This document shows positions 38,545 through 47,550 of a stretch of 64,000 nt of DNA, piece by piece. The position numbers and the translations under genes are program-made. Source of the stretch: an uncultured Collinsella sp. (lineage in GTDB: Bacteria > Actinomycetota > Coriobacteriia > Coriobacteriales > Coriobacteriaceae); NCBI GenBank assembly GCA_902497065.1, contig CABVDH010000006.1, positions 26,901-90,900 of the forward strand. The letters run 5' to 3'. The notes beneath the pieces are model-generated. The model saw nothing but the letters and a program-made list of their open reading frames with translations. It had not been told where the DNA came from and made no database searches. The first letter of the stretch is position 1. Each line of letters starts with the position of its first letter.

Positions 38545-39237
38545 ATGGCCCGCGCCGAATCGGGACTCCCCGAGCAAATATCGGAGAAAATCATTCAATT
38601 AATTCTGGATGAACACCTTGAGCAAGGCGATCGCCTGCCCAAGGAAACCGTGCTGGTCGAGCGCTTGGGCGCCGGCAGGAGCACCGTGCGCGAGGCCATG
38701 AAGTTGCTGCAGTCGCGCAATATCGTGCGCATTAAGCAGGGTTCGGGCACCTATGTGGCGTCAAACCCCGGCGTTGCCGACGACCCGCTGGGCTTTACCT
38801 TTATCGACGACAAGCAGCGTCTGGCGCGCGACCTACTCGAGGTGCGCTTTATGATCGAGCCGCAGATTGCACGCATGGCAGCCGAGCACGCAACCAACGA
38901 CCAGGTCGTCTGTATCAAAGAGCTCTGCGACGAATCCGAGCGCCTGGCCGAGGCCGGTGAGGATTACTCCGCCGCCGACACCGCGTTCCACAATGCCATT
39001 GCCGAGAGCTCCGGAAACCTCGTCGTTCCCCGCCTGATGGGCGTGCTCAAGGCATCCATCCCCCTCTTTATCGACGTGACCGGCAAAAAGCTCGTCGAGG
39101 AAACTATCCGCACGCACCGCGATGTGGCCGACGCCATCGCCTCGCGCAATCCCACCGCCGCGCACGACGCGATGTATCTGCACCTGGTGTATAACCGCAA
39201 CATGATTGCGGAGGGCGCGCAGGAACAGAGCGAATAA
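38545..39237 (+). CDS. FadR-subfamily GntR regulator
   Basis: GDRLPKE..GAGRSTVREA..QGSGTYV; DTAFH..SGN. Confidence 0.92.
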   Translation: MARAESGLPEQISEKIIQLILDEHLEQGDRLPKETVLVERLGAGRSTVREAMKLLQSRNIVRIKQGSGTYVASNPGVADDPLGFTFIDDKQRLARDLLEVRFMIEPQIARMAAEHATNDQVVCIKELCDESERLAEAGEDYSAADTAFHNAIAESSGNLVVPRLMGVLKASIPLFIDVTGKKLVEETIRTHRDVADAIASRNPTAAHDAMYLHLVYNRNMIAEGAQEQSE

Positions 39238-39280
39238 ACGTCCGCGCGGCAAGGGCGAGATCACCGTTTACCTTTTAAAA

Positions 39281-39292
39281 GTGAACGTTCAC
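39281..39292. promoter_or_regulatory. LacI-type operator GTGAACGTTCAC
   Basis: Perfect palindrome upstream of the dehydrogenase; recurs across the uronate locus. Confidence 0.7.
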
Positions 39293-39397
39293 CTGTTTTT
39301 AGGAGAATCTGACTTTTAATTCCCCCTCTTCTCCTATACTGACCTTGTATGAAAAGCAAGACTTATATAGATGAACGTTTCTTTTGAAAGGATCGCT

Positions 39398-40207
39398 ATG
39401 TCTGATCTTATGGACAGCTTCCGCCTGGATGGCAAGGTCGCGCTCGTAACCGGCGCCACCTATGGCATCGGTATGGCCATTGCCGAGGCGCTCGGAGAGG
39501 CCGGCGCCAAAATCGCCTTTAACGCCCGTCACGCCGACAAAGTCGCCGAGGCCGAGAAGCACTACCGTGGGCTGGGCTTTGACGCTCACGGCTATGTTGC
39601 CGACGTCACCGACGAGGCCGTCGTTGCCGAGCTCATCGCCAAGATCGAGGCCGACTTTGGCACCACACCCGATATCTTGGTCAACAACGCCGGCGTCATC
39701 CAGCGTACCCCGATGCTCGACATGAGCGCCGAGGACTTCCGCCGCGTCGTCGATATTGACCTCAACGCACCGTTTATCGTGTCCAAGGCCTGCCTGCCCG
39801 GCATGATCGCCAAGGGCCACGGCAAGATCATCAACATCTGCTCGATGATGAGCGAGCTGGGCCGCGAGACCATCGCCGGCTATGCCGCCGCCAAGGGCGG
39901 ACTCAAGATGCTCACCAAGAACATCTGCTCCGAATTTGGCGAGGCCAACATCCAGTGCAACGGCATTGGGCCCGGCTACATCGCCACGCCGCAGACCGCG
40001 CCGCTGCGCGAGACGCAGCCCGACGGCAGCCGTCACCCGTTTGACCAGTTCATCATTGCCAAGACGCCGGCCGCCCGCTGGGGCACGCCCGAGGATCTGA
40101 AGGGCCCCGCCGTGTTCTTGGCTTCCGACGCGTCGAACTTCGTCAACGGCCACATCCTCTATGTCGACGGTGGAATCCTCGCATACATTGGAAAGCAGCC
40201 TCAATAA
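39398..40207 (+). CDS. SDR of the gluconate 5-dehydrogenase/DhuD-KduD type
   Basis: TGATYGIG, NNAG, CSMMS, YAAAK, GPGYIATPQT. Confidence 0.88.
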   Translation: MSDLMDSFRLDGKVALVTGATYGIGMAIAEALGEAGAKIAFNARHADKVAEAEKHYRGLGFDAHGYVADVTDEAVVAELIAKIEADFGTTPDILVNNAGVIQRTPMLDMSAEDFRRVVDIDLNAPFIVSKACLPGMIAKGHGKIINICSMMSELGRETIAGYAAAKGGLKMLTKNICSEFGEANIQCNGIGPGYIATPQTAPLRETQPDGSRHPFDQFIIAKTPAARWGTPEDLKGPAVFLASDASNFVNGHILYVDGGILAYIGKQPQ

Positions 40208-40257
40208 GCGTCGCCGCAACTGCCCATATCAGGTTTCATCCACTCGTTTTTCATTTG

Positions 40258-40324
40258 AGTTGCGGTGAGATAAGGATTGGTTTTGGCTTCTATCAGGCAA
40301 AACAGTCCGTATTTCACCGCAAGT
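40258..40324. repeat. 67-bp palindromic element
   Basis: AGTTGCGGTGAGATAAGGA...TCCGTATTTCACCGCAAGT. Confidence 0.85.
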
Positions 40325-40347
40325 TAGAAATAGAAAGGTAATTCGCA

Positions 40348-40989
40348 ATGAAAATCGCTCTGATCAATGAGAACTCTCAGAACTCCAAGAACCCCATGAT
40401 CGAGGCTGCCCTTAAGAAGGTTGTCGAGCCCATGGGCCACACCGTCTTTAACTATGGCATGTATGCCGACGCCGACTCCAAGCCCCTCACCTATGTGCAG
40501 AACGGCATCCTGGCCGCCGTGCTGCTCAACTCCGGCGCTGCCGACTACGTCGTGACCGGCTGTGGCACCGGCGAGGGCGCCATGCTCGCCTGCAACTCCT
40601 TCCCCGGCGTGCTGTGCGGCCATGTTGCCGACCCGCTCGATGCCTACACCTTTGCCCAGGTCAACGACGGTAACGCTGTCGCCATGCCCTTCGCCCTCAA
40701 GAACGGCTGGGGCCAGGAGCTCAACCTCGAGTACACCTTCGAGAAGCTCTTTGGCTTTGGTTCGGGCAACGGCTATCCTGCCGAGCGTGTTGAGCCCGAG
40801 CAGCGCAACAAGAAGATCCTCGACGGCGTCCGCGCTGTGACTATGCGTCCGCTCGTCGACGTTCTGGGCGAGATCGATCAGGACCTGGTGAAGGGCGCAC
40901 TTGCCGGCGAACACTTCCAGGAGTACTTCTTTGCCAACGCAACCGACGAGGCCATCATCGCCAAGGTCAAGGAGATCCTGGGCCTCTAA
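40348..40989 (+). CDS. RpiB/LacAB family isomerase, DhuI-like
   Basis: MKIALINENSQ, NYGMY, LTYVQ, TGCGTGEGA, GWG.ELNL; next to the DhuD-like SDR. Confidence 0.82.
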   Translation: MKIALINENSQNSKNPMIEAALKKVVEPMGHTVFNYGMYADADSKPLTYVQNGILAAVLLNSGAADYVVTGCGTGEGAMLACNSFPGVLCGHVADPLDAYTFAQVNDGNAVAMPFALKNGWGQELNLEYTFEKLFGFGSGNGYPAERVEPEQRNKKILDGVRAVTMRPLVDVLGEIDQDLVKGALAGEHFQEYFFANATDEAIIAKVKEILGL

Positions 40990-41015
40990 TCGCACGACTC
41001 ATTGCAGCTAACGCA

Positions 41016-41055
41016 AGCGGCGGTCGTCCCACGTACGGGACGACCGCCGCTTTTT
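41016..41055. terminator. Terminator between convergent genes
   Basis: AAGCGGCGGTCGTCCC/GGGACGACCGCCGCTT then T run. Confidence 0.75.
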
Positions 41056-41107
41056 GCTATCTACCGACTGACGCCGCGGGGACAGGCCCCATGCACCAAG
41101 GGATTAA

Positions 41108-43057
41108 CTAGAGCTCGCAGGCAATCTTGTAGCCGTCGCCGATGGCGTCGCGGATGTTGCCGCACTTGTTGGCATCGCCCAACACGTGGGTGGTAACGCC
41201 GGCTGCAGCAAGGTCGTCGGCCAACTTGGTATTGGGACGATAGCCCATGGCAAGTACCAGCGTATCGGCATCGGCGATGGTGTGGATCTCGCCGTCCTTT
41301 TCGTAGCTGATGGCATCCTCGGTAATCTCGGTCACCTTGGCCTCGGTCAGCACGTGAACGCCCTTGGAGAGCATGCGCGTGATGAGCACCGCGCGACCGG
41401 CGCCGCCCTCGTTGGCGGCGAGCGTCTTGGTCATCTCGATGACGGTGACGTCGCGATTGGCCGGCGACAGATCGTTGACCAACGGGGCCAGGTAGTCGGC
41501 CGTCTCGCAACCGACGGTGCCGCCGCCCACGATGACAATCTTCTTGCCCGGGAAAGCCTTGCCGCCCAACAGGTCGTCAGCCGTCATGACCTGCTTAAAT
41601 CCCCGCATGAAGGCCGGGGCGATGGGCTCGGCGCCATAGGCCAGGACGACCTCGTAGCCGGCGTAGTCACGCTGAATGTCATCGGCAGTAAGCTCGGTGC
41701 CAAATACGCACTTCACGCCGACCTCGGCCAGGCGACGGTACTGATACTTGATCACGCGGGTGAGTTCCTGCTTTGCCGGCGGAACGGCCGCGATACGCAT
41801 CTCGCCGCCCGGCTCGTCCTGCTTATCCACGAGCACTACGTTGTGGCCGCGCTTGGCAGCAATGTAGGCTGCCTCCATGCCCGCAGGACCAGCGCCCACA
41901 ACCAGCACGTTCTTAGCCTCGACGGCAGGCTCGTAGCCGGCCTCGTCGCGCTCAACATCGGGATTGACGGTACAGGAGATGCGCTTGCCAAACATAATGC
42001 CGTTCAGGCAGCGCAGGCAGCCGATGCAGGGACGGATGTCGTCGGCGTTGCCGGCAGCGGCCTTATTGCAGAACTCGGCATCGCACAGATTGGCGCGGCC
42101 CATCATGCAGATGTCGGCAGCGCCGTCCTCGATCAGCTCCTCGGCGATCCAGGCCTCGTTGATACGTCCGACGGTGGCGACGGGAATGTTGACGTGCTTC
42201 TTGATCTCGCGCGAGCAGGCGGCATGCGAAGCCTGCTGCGTACCGGCGGCGGGAATCGCGGAGCCGCGCTTGATGGTGGTGCCGCCCGACACATGAATCA
42301 TGTCGACGCCGGCCTTCTCCAGGCGACGTGAGACGTAGATCATGTCGTTGAGGGTCAGACCGCCATCGGTGTACTCGTCGCCCGAAATGCGGACGTCGAT
42401 GATAAAGTCCTTGCCGCAGCGCTCGCGAATCTCGGCAATGACCTCGAGCAGGAAGCGCATGCGAGCGTCGAGCGAGCCGCCGTACTCATCGGTACGCTTG
42501 TTGTAGAGCGGGGTCAAAAAGCCGCCGAGCATGCCGTGGGCGTGCGCCGCATGGACCTCGACGCCATCGACGCCAGCCTTCTGCATACGCACGGCAGCGT
42601 CGCCAAACTGGTGCGTGAGCTCGTGAATCTCATCGACCGTGATAGGACGCGGTGCCTCGCGGGCATAGGACGGTCCCACGAAGGACGGAGCGATCAGACG
42701 CGGCGTGCCCGGAACGTTAAAGGCCATGTAGGCGGGGTGGAAGAGCTGCGGCATGATCTTGCAGCCGTACTCGTGGACGGCCGCGGCGAGTTTTTCCCAG
42801 CCAGGGATAAACGTGTCGTCGTAGCAGCACATGTCACCCGGCAGATAGGTATAGGTAGGCTCGACCGTCACGACCTCGGTAATGATGAGGCCCACGCCGC
42901 CCTTGGCGCGGGCACGGTAATGATCGACCAAGTCATCGGTCACATAGCCATGATCGGCCAGGTTGGTGGACACCGGCGGCATAAAGACGCGGTTCTTGAC
43001 CTCGGTCGTACCGACCTTGATCGGGCTAAAGAGCATCGGATAGGCGGAAGACTCCAT
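41108..43057 (-). CDS. Multi-domain NADH:flavin (OYE-like) Fe-S oxidoreductase
   Basis: KNRVFMPP, RAKGG, NKRTDEYGGS, CIGCLRC..C, GAGPAG, GGGTVG.ETA. Confidence 0.9.
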   Translation of the reverse strand: MESSAYPMLFSPIKVGTTEVKNRVFMPPVSTNLADHGYVTDDLVDHYRARAKGGVGLIITEVVTVEPTYTYLPGDMCCYDDTFIPGWEKLAAAVHEYGCKIMPQLFHPAYMAFNVPGTPRLIAPSFVGPSYAREAPRPITVDEIHELTHQFGDAAVRMQKAGVDGVEVHAAHAHGMLGGFLTPLYNKRTDEYGGSLDARMRFLLEVIAEIRERCGKDFIIDVRISGDEYTDGGLTLNDMIYVSRRLEKAGVDMIHVSGGTTIKRGSAIPAAGTQQASHAACSREIKKHVNIPVATVGRINEAWIAEELIEDGAADICMMGRANLCDAEFCNKAAAGNADDIRPCIGCLRCLNGIMFGKRISCTVNPDVERDEAGYEPAVEAKNVLVVGAGPAGMEAAYIAAKRGHNVVLVDKQDEPGGEMRIAAVPPAKQELTRVIKYQYRRLAEVGVKCVFGTELTADDIQRDYAGYEVVLAYGAEPIAPAFMRGFKQVMTADDLLGGKAFPGKKIVIVGGGTVGCETADYLAPLVNDLSPANRDVTVIEMTKTLAANEGGAGRAVLITRMLSKGVHVLTEAKVTEITEDAISYEKDGEIHTIADADTLVLAMGYRPNTKLADDLAAAGVTTHVLGDANKCGNIRDAIGDGYKIACEL

Positions 43058-43173
43058 ACAGGGTTCCTTTCGTTTGAGCCGCTCGGCGGCAGTTGCTGAC
43101 TTATCTATCATACCAGCAACTGCACAACACCCGACCGCACGCACTCCCCTGCCTACGTATCGACCCACAAAAA

Positions 43174-43240
43174 AGTTGCGGTGAAATACGGAGCAGTCGA
43201 GGCTTTTGACAGCCAAAACAGTCCGTATTTCACCGCAACT
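43174..43240. repeat. 67-bp palindromic element
   Basis: AGTTGCGGTGAAATACGGA...TCCGTATTTCACCGCAACT. Confidence 0.85.
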
Positions 43241-43260
43241 GATGGATGGGATGGGATGGG

Positions 43261-44478
43261 CTAGAGACCCAGGTAGGCAGTCATGCCTTCGACGGCGAGC
43301 TTGGCGCCGGCTACGGCGTGAACAACCGTCAGCGGGCCGTTAACCACGTCGCCGGCGGCAAAGACGCCGGGCACGGTGGTCATGCCGTTCTCGTCGACCG
43401 AAAGCAGGCCGCGATGGTCGGTCTCCAGACCACCCGTCGTAAGCACAAGCTTGTCTTTGGGCACCTGCGAAGCCGCAATCACAACTGTGTCGGCGGACAC
43501 ATGGTCGAGCTCTTCCTCGTAGCCCACCACATTGTTGTCCTCGTCAAAGATAGCCGTCTCAAACACCGGACCGTTATCATCGATGGCGCAGATCGCCTTG
43601 CCGCGCACAATCTCGGCACCGTCAAGCTCGGTCAGCTCTACCTCGTCATCGATGGCCGAGATATGGCGCGAGCGGGCATACACGGTGACCTTGCGAGCGC
43701 CCGAGCGCAGGGCTGTGCGGGCAACATCCATGGCAACATTGCCGGCACCGATGACCGCCACGTTCTGCCCGATTGCCACGCTCGCGGGATCGACCAGGTA
43801 ATCGATGCCAAACAGCACGTTGCCGCGCGACTCGCCGGGAATACCCAACTTTCGAGCTCGCCAGGTACCGGTACCAACAAAGACCGCATCGTAGCCGTCG
43901 CGCAGCAGGTCATCGATGTGCAACGCGCCGCCGATGGTGGTCGAAGGGCGCACGCGCACGCCGAGCGAGCACATCACGTGGCGGTACTTTTGCACGAGCG
44001 CACGGGGCAGGCGGAACTCGGGGATACCGTACTCCAGCACACCGCCGATCTCAGGGCGCTGTTCAAATACCGTGACGGCACAGCCCAGCTGGGCCATCTT
44101 AATGGCCACGGTAATACCGGCAGGACCGGAACCGACCACAGCAACCTGTTTGCCGCACGACGGCGCGGGCGTCCACTCCTTACGATCCAAATACGCCGTG
44201 GAGATATAGTTCTCGATGCTCGAAAAATGCACGGGCGCGCCCTTGCGGCCCTGGATGCACGCGCCCTCGCACTGGCCCGAATGGTTGCAAACCATGGAGC
44301 AGACCGCGCTCATGGGATTGTTCTGGAACAGCAGCTCGCCCGCCTCTTCTAGACGACGCTGTTTGAACAGGTCGATGACCCGCGGAATAGGCGTCTGAAC
44401 CGGGCAGCCCTTAATCTGACAGAACGCCCTTTTACAACCCAGGCAACGATTCGCCTCTTCGACAATGTGGATAGCCAC
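43261..44478 (-). CDS. GltD-like Fe-S/FAD NAD(P)-dependent oxidoreductase
   Basis: EANRCLGC..C..GCP, CEGAC, GSGPAG, YGIPEFRL, GAGNVAMD, FAAGD; GTG start after AAGGGGAG. Confidence 0.88.
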   Translation of the reverse strand: MAIHIVEEANRCLGCKRAFCQIKGCPVQTPIPRVIDLFKQRRLEEAGELLFQNNPMSAVCSMVCNHSGQCEGACIQGRKGAPVHFSSIENYISTAYLDRKEWTPAPSCGKQVAVVGSGPAGITVAIKMAQLGCAVTVFEQRPEIGGVLEYGIPEFRLPRALVQKYRHVMCSLGVRVRPSTTIGGALHIDDLLRDGYDAVFVGTGTWRARKLGIPGESRGNVLFGIDYLVDPASVAIGQNVAVIGAGNVAMDVARTALRSGARKVTVYARSRHISAIDDEVELTELDGAEIVRGKAICAIDDNGPVFETAIFDEDNNVVGYEEELDHVSADTVVIAASQVPKDKLVLTTGGLETDHRGLLSVDENGMTTVPGVFAAGDVVNGPLTVVHAVAGAKLAVEGMTAYLGL

Positions 44479-44581
44479 GCAACTCCCCTTTTTAATGCAA
44501 TCCAATGGGGCGACGATAAAGACCCTTCACCGCCGCCCCCATACAGGTAATCTCAATCTGCCGACACGGCAAAAGCCAATG

Positions 44582-45496
44582 CTATAACTCGCGATGCGAA
44601 GCCCCGCAGCGAGCGGACATGTGCTCGAGTGTCGCCAGGCAGTCAGCCGCCGTCGCCGGCACGCTGTTCTCGACCACGCAGGGAATCCCAGGGCAGGCGG
44701 CGGCAGCCCAGGCCACCACGGGCTCAAAGTCATAGCGACCCGTCTCGCCCACGCCGTGACACACCAGGCGCGAACCCGTACCGTCGCACCAACCGGCATT
44801 GTCCTCGTTGTCGACGACCTCAAAATCCTTGGCGTGCAGCACGCGAATCTTGCTGCCGCATAAGTAGAGCATGCGCGCTGTGATTTCCTGCGCTTCGTCA
44901 ACGACACTGGGGTGCAGCAGCGACACTGGGTCATAGATCACGCCGAGCGACGGACTCGAGACGCGCTCCAGCACCTCACGGCAGCGATCCGGCGTGTTAA
45001 CCGTCTCGTTCCAACCGGGCTCGATCAGTATTTGCCCGCCCACGGCCTCGGCCCGATCGCAGACGTGTGCAAGTCCGTCTGCAAACGCATCGAGCGCCTC
45101 GTCGGTCATGCGGTCGTCCGCGACGCGGTTCTGCGCATTGGGGCGACCGGTCTCGGTGCCAACCGGGCATCCGCCGAGCATCTGGGCAAAGTTCAAGCAC
45201 GCCTCGTACTCGGCAAAGTTATCCATGAGTTGTTGGCGATCGGGCGTCGCCAGATTCTTATAACAGCCGAGCACGGCGACCGAAACGCCTGCCTCGTCGA
45301 GCACCGCACGCAAATGGTCGGCAAGCTCGCGGGTCAGGCCGCCTCGATCGATCCCCATCGATGCGTAGAGCACCTTGCTCGGCAGCTGAATGCACGAAAA
45401 GCCCAGCTCTCCCGCCATGCGAATGCGTTCCTCGACAGTCCCCTGCGGAAGGTCGTGCAAACGTACACCCGGAGTAATAGCCCCCACGTTATTCAC
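44582..45496 (-). CDS. Sugar-phosphate isomerase/epimerase (xylose-isomerase-like TIM barrel)
   Basis: GVRLHD, LGCYKNL, VGTETG, IEP, YDPV, LHAKD. Confidence 0.78.
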   Translation of the reverse strand: MNNVGAITPGVRLHDLPQGTVEERIRMAGELGFSCIQLPSKVLYASMGIDRGGLTRELADHLRAVLDEAGVSVAVLGCYKNLATPDRQQLMDNFAEYEACLNFAQMLGGCPVGTETGRPNAQNRVADDRMTDEALDAFADGLAHVCDRAEAVGGQILIEPGWNETVNTPDRCREVLERVSSPSLGVIYDPVSLLHPSVVDEAQEITARMLYLCGSKIRVLHAKDFEVVDNEDNAGWCDGTGSRLVCHGVGETGRYDFEPVVAWAAAACPGIPCVVENSVPATAADCLATLEHMSARCGASHREL

Positions 45497-46727
45497 ATCC
45501 CTTATGAGCGTTGATGCCCGGGGTGTATCCGCCAAACGGGTCCTCGATGGAGCACACGCCCGAGGGGGCGAGCGGATCGCGTTTACCGGCCAGCTTGTCG
45601 TGATGCATGGTCTCGATATAGGCAAGCACCAGCGGCGCCACACCCTTTGCATCATTTTTGACCACGGGCTCGCTCATGTAGTAATCAAACGTGCCCTCGC
45701 GGTGCGCGGTGTTGCCCAGGCCCGCGACCAGGCAGATGTTGTCGAGCGCCAGCTGGCCATCATGCTCGGACAGGCAGGTCTCGCAGATGCCGTCGAAGGC
45801 GCGACGGCCATACTGGTAGTAACGCTCGCCCAGCACGCCCAGACGCACGCCCTTCATGATGGCATTGGCAAAAATCGCGCTACCAGACTCCTCCAGGTAG
45901 TTGGGGGCGATATTGGGCAGGTTGATGACCTGATGCCACATGCCGGTCTTCTCGTCCTGATACGGCAGCATGGCGTCGATCAGGTCGTGGAACATCTTGC
46001 GAATCTCGTCCTTCTCGGCTGACATCGAAGGCGGCATGAGCTCCCAGGTATCGATGAGTGCCATGGCAAACCAGCCCTCGGCGCGCAGCCAGAAGTTAGC
46101 CGAAAGGCCGGTGACCGGGTCGCACCAGAACTGTTTGCGGCTCGCGTCGTAAGCGTGATAGTACAGACCGTTGAGGGGGTTGCGCATCAGGTCATGCACG
46201 ACCTGGAACATATGGAAGCTGTCCGAGCAGGCACGACGGTTGTGGAAGCTCAGCTCGTACTGCATGTAGAACGGCTGGGCCATATACATGCCATCGAGCC
46301 AGATCTGGTTGGGATAGACGGCCTTGTGCCAAAACACGCCTTCTTTGGTGCGCGGCTGGGTCTCGAGCTGGCGGTAGATGGTGTCCATGGCGGCACGGTA
46401 CTTGGGCTTGCCCACCAGGTCATAGAGCTTGTAGAGGGTCTTGCCCGCATTGACGTTATCGAGGTTGTAATCCTGCGGGTTGTAATGCTTGATGGTACCG
46501 TCGTCCTGGACAAAGAAATCGATGTAGTCATCGGCAAAGGTCAGGTAGCGCTGCTCACCCGTGATCTCGTACAGCTCGATGAGCGCCTTGATCATGCAGC
46601 CGTCGATATAGTTCCAGGTGTTCTCCTTGCCGGCGCGAATCTTTTCGATATTCCAAGCCGGCGCCTGCGGCGTAGAGGTTTCGATCAACTGCTCGATATA
46701 ACGGTCCAGGATTTGATTGCAACCCAT
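45489..46727 (-). CDS. GH105 unsaturated (rhamno)galacturonyl hydrolase, YteR/YesR-like
   Basis: WNYIDG, YNLDN, FWHK..YPNQIWLDGMYM, LYYHAYD, FWLRA.GW, ESGSA. Confidence 0.9.
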   Translation of the reverse strand: MGCNQILDRYIEQLIETSTPQAPAWNIEKIRAGKENTWNYIDGCMIKALIELYEITGEQRYLTFADDYIDFFVQDDGTIKHYNPQDYNLDNVNAGKTLYKLYDLVGKPKYRAAMDTIYRQLETQPRTKEGVFWHKAVYPNQIWLDGMYMAQPFYMQYELSFHNRRACSDSFHMFQVVHDLMRNPLNGLYYHAYDASRKQFWCDPVTGLSANFWLRAEGWFAMALIDTWELMPPSMSAEKDEIRKMFHDLIDAMLPYQDEKTGMWHQVINLPNIAPNYLEESGSAIFANAIMKGVRLGVLGERYYQYGRRAFDGICETCLSEHDGQLALDNICLVAGLGNTAHREGTFDYYMSEPVVKNDAKGVAPLVLAYIETMHHDKLAGKRDPLAPSGVCSIEDPFGGYTPGINAHKGCE

Positions 46728-46834
46728 TGCTGTCCCCTCTGACATAAACGATAGGTGAACGTTACCCCTAGTTTAACGCGAACGGGGAATATAGGGTGAA
46801 CGTTAACTCTATATTCCCCGCAAACGGCAGACTT

Positions 46835-47503
46835 TTAGCGGCAAACGGCGGTGAGACCCGCGGCGATGCGCTGCGCCAGGCGCTCATAGCCGGCAGGACT
46901 GTAATGCAGACCGTCCGGCATATAGAGCTCGCGGTGCTCTGGCAAAAACGGGCTGATGCCACTTTGCGCATACAGGTCAATCACCGGAACGGAGTAGCGG
47001 TCACAGACCTCGAGCATCGCCTTTACGTAGGCGACCTGCGTCAACCCCAGGTGATTGAGCTCATCGCTTGCCGGGATATCCTTCTCGTGCTTACCGCTCG
47101 TCTTGCACGGCGTCATAAACACAAGCTTTGCCCGAGGCGAGCGTGCCGTGATGGTGCGGATCAGATAATCGAGCGCACCGTAGAACTCGTGCACATCGGT
47201 ACTGCCCAACTCGCCAAGCGGCACGTTGCGGCTAAAGTCGTTGACGCCGCCAAAGACGATGTAGATATCGGCCGCATCGTCGATGCCGTCCAGGCGCTCG
47301 ACAAACGAATCGCTGCGGTCGGCCTTGACGGCGATACGCGAACCCTTGATGCCAAAGTTCTCGATGACCGCGCCTCCCAGCAACGCGCCCAGATGCGAGG
47401 TCCACGAGATGTCGTTGCCTCCCCCACCGCAGCCGTTGTCGCCCCAGGTCGTTGAGTCGCCAAAGCAGCAAATGGTCGATTCACTCAAGCTCTTCGTTTC
47501 CAT
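46835..47503 (-). CDS. SGNH/GDSL esterase (probable carbohydrate acetylesterase)
   Basis: FGDSTT, GGVND, DGLH. Confidence 0.88.
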   Translation of the reverse strand: METKSLSESTICCFGDSTTWGDNGCGGGGNDISWTSHLGALLGGAVIENFGIKGSRIAVKADRSDSFVERLDGIDDAADIYIVFGGVNDFSRNVPLGELGSTDVHEFYGALDYLIRTITARSPRAKLVFMTPCKTSGKHEKDIPASDELNHLGLTQVAYVKAMLEVCDRYSVPVIDLYAQSGISPFLPEHRELYMPDGLHYSPAGYERLAQRIAAGLTAVCR

Positions 47504-47550
47504 AATCTTCTCCTCATCCGCCCATTGGCGGCCATACAGGAACGTACCGT

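Noticed and set aside
41108..43057. Bilirubin reductase BilR or BaiCD call
   Set aside because: Lacks the HGDR motif of BilR and has no bai operon context
26404..43240. Integron attC sites
   Set aside because: Termini are GTT...AAC, the reverse of attC (RYYYAAC...GTTRRRY); flanked genes are not in a tandem cassette array; no IntI seen
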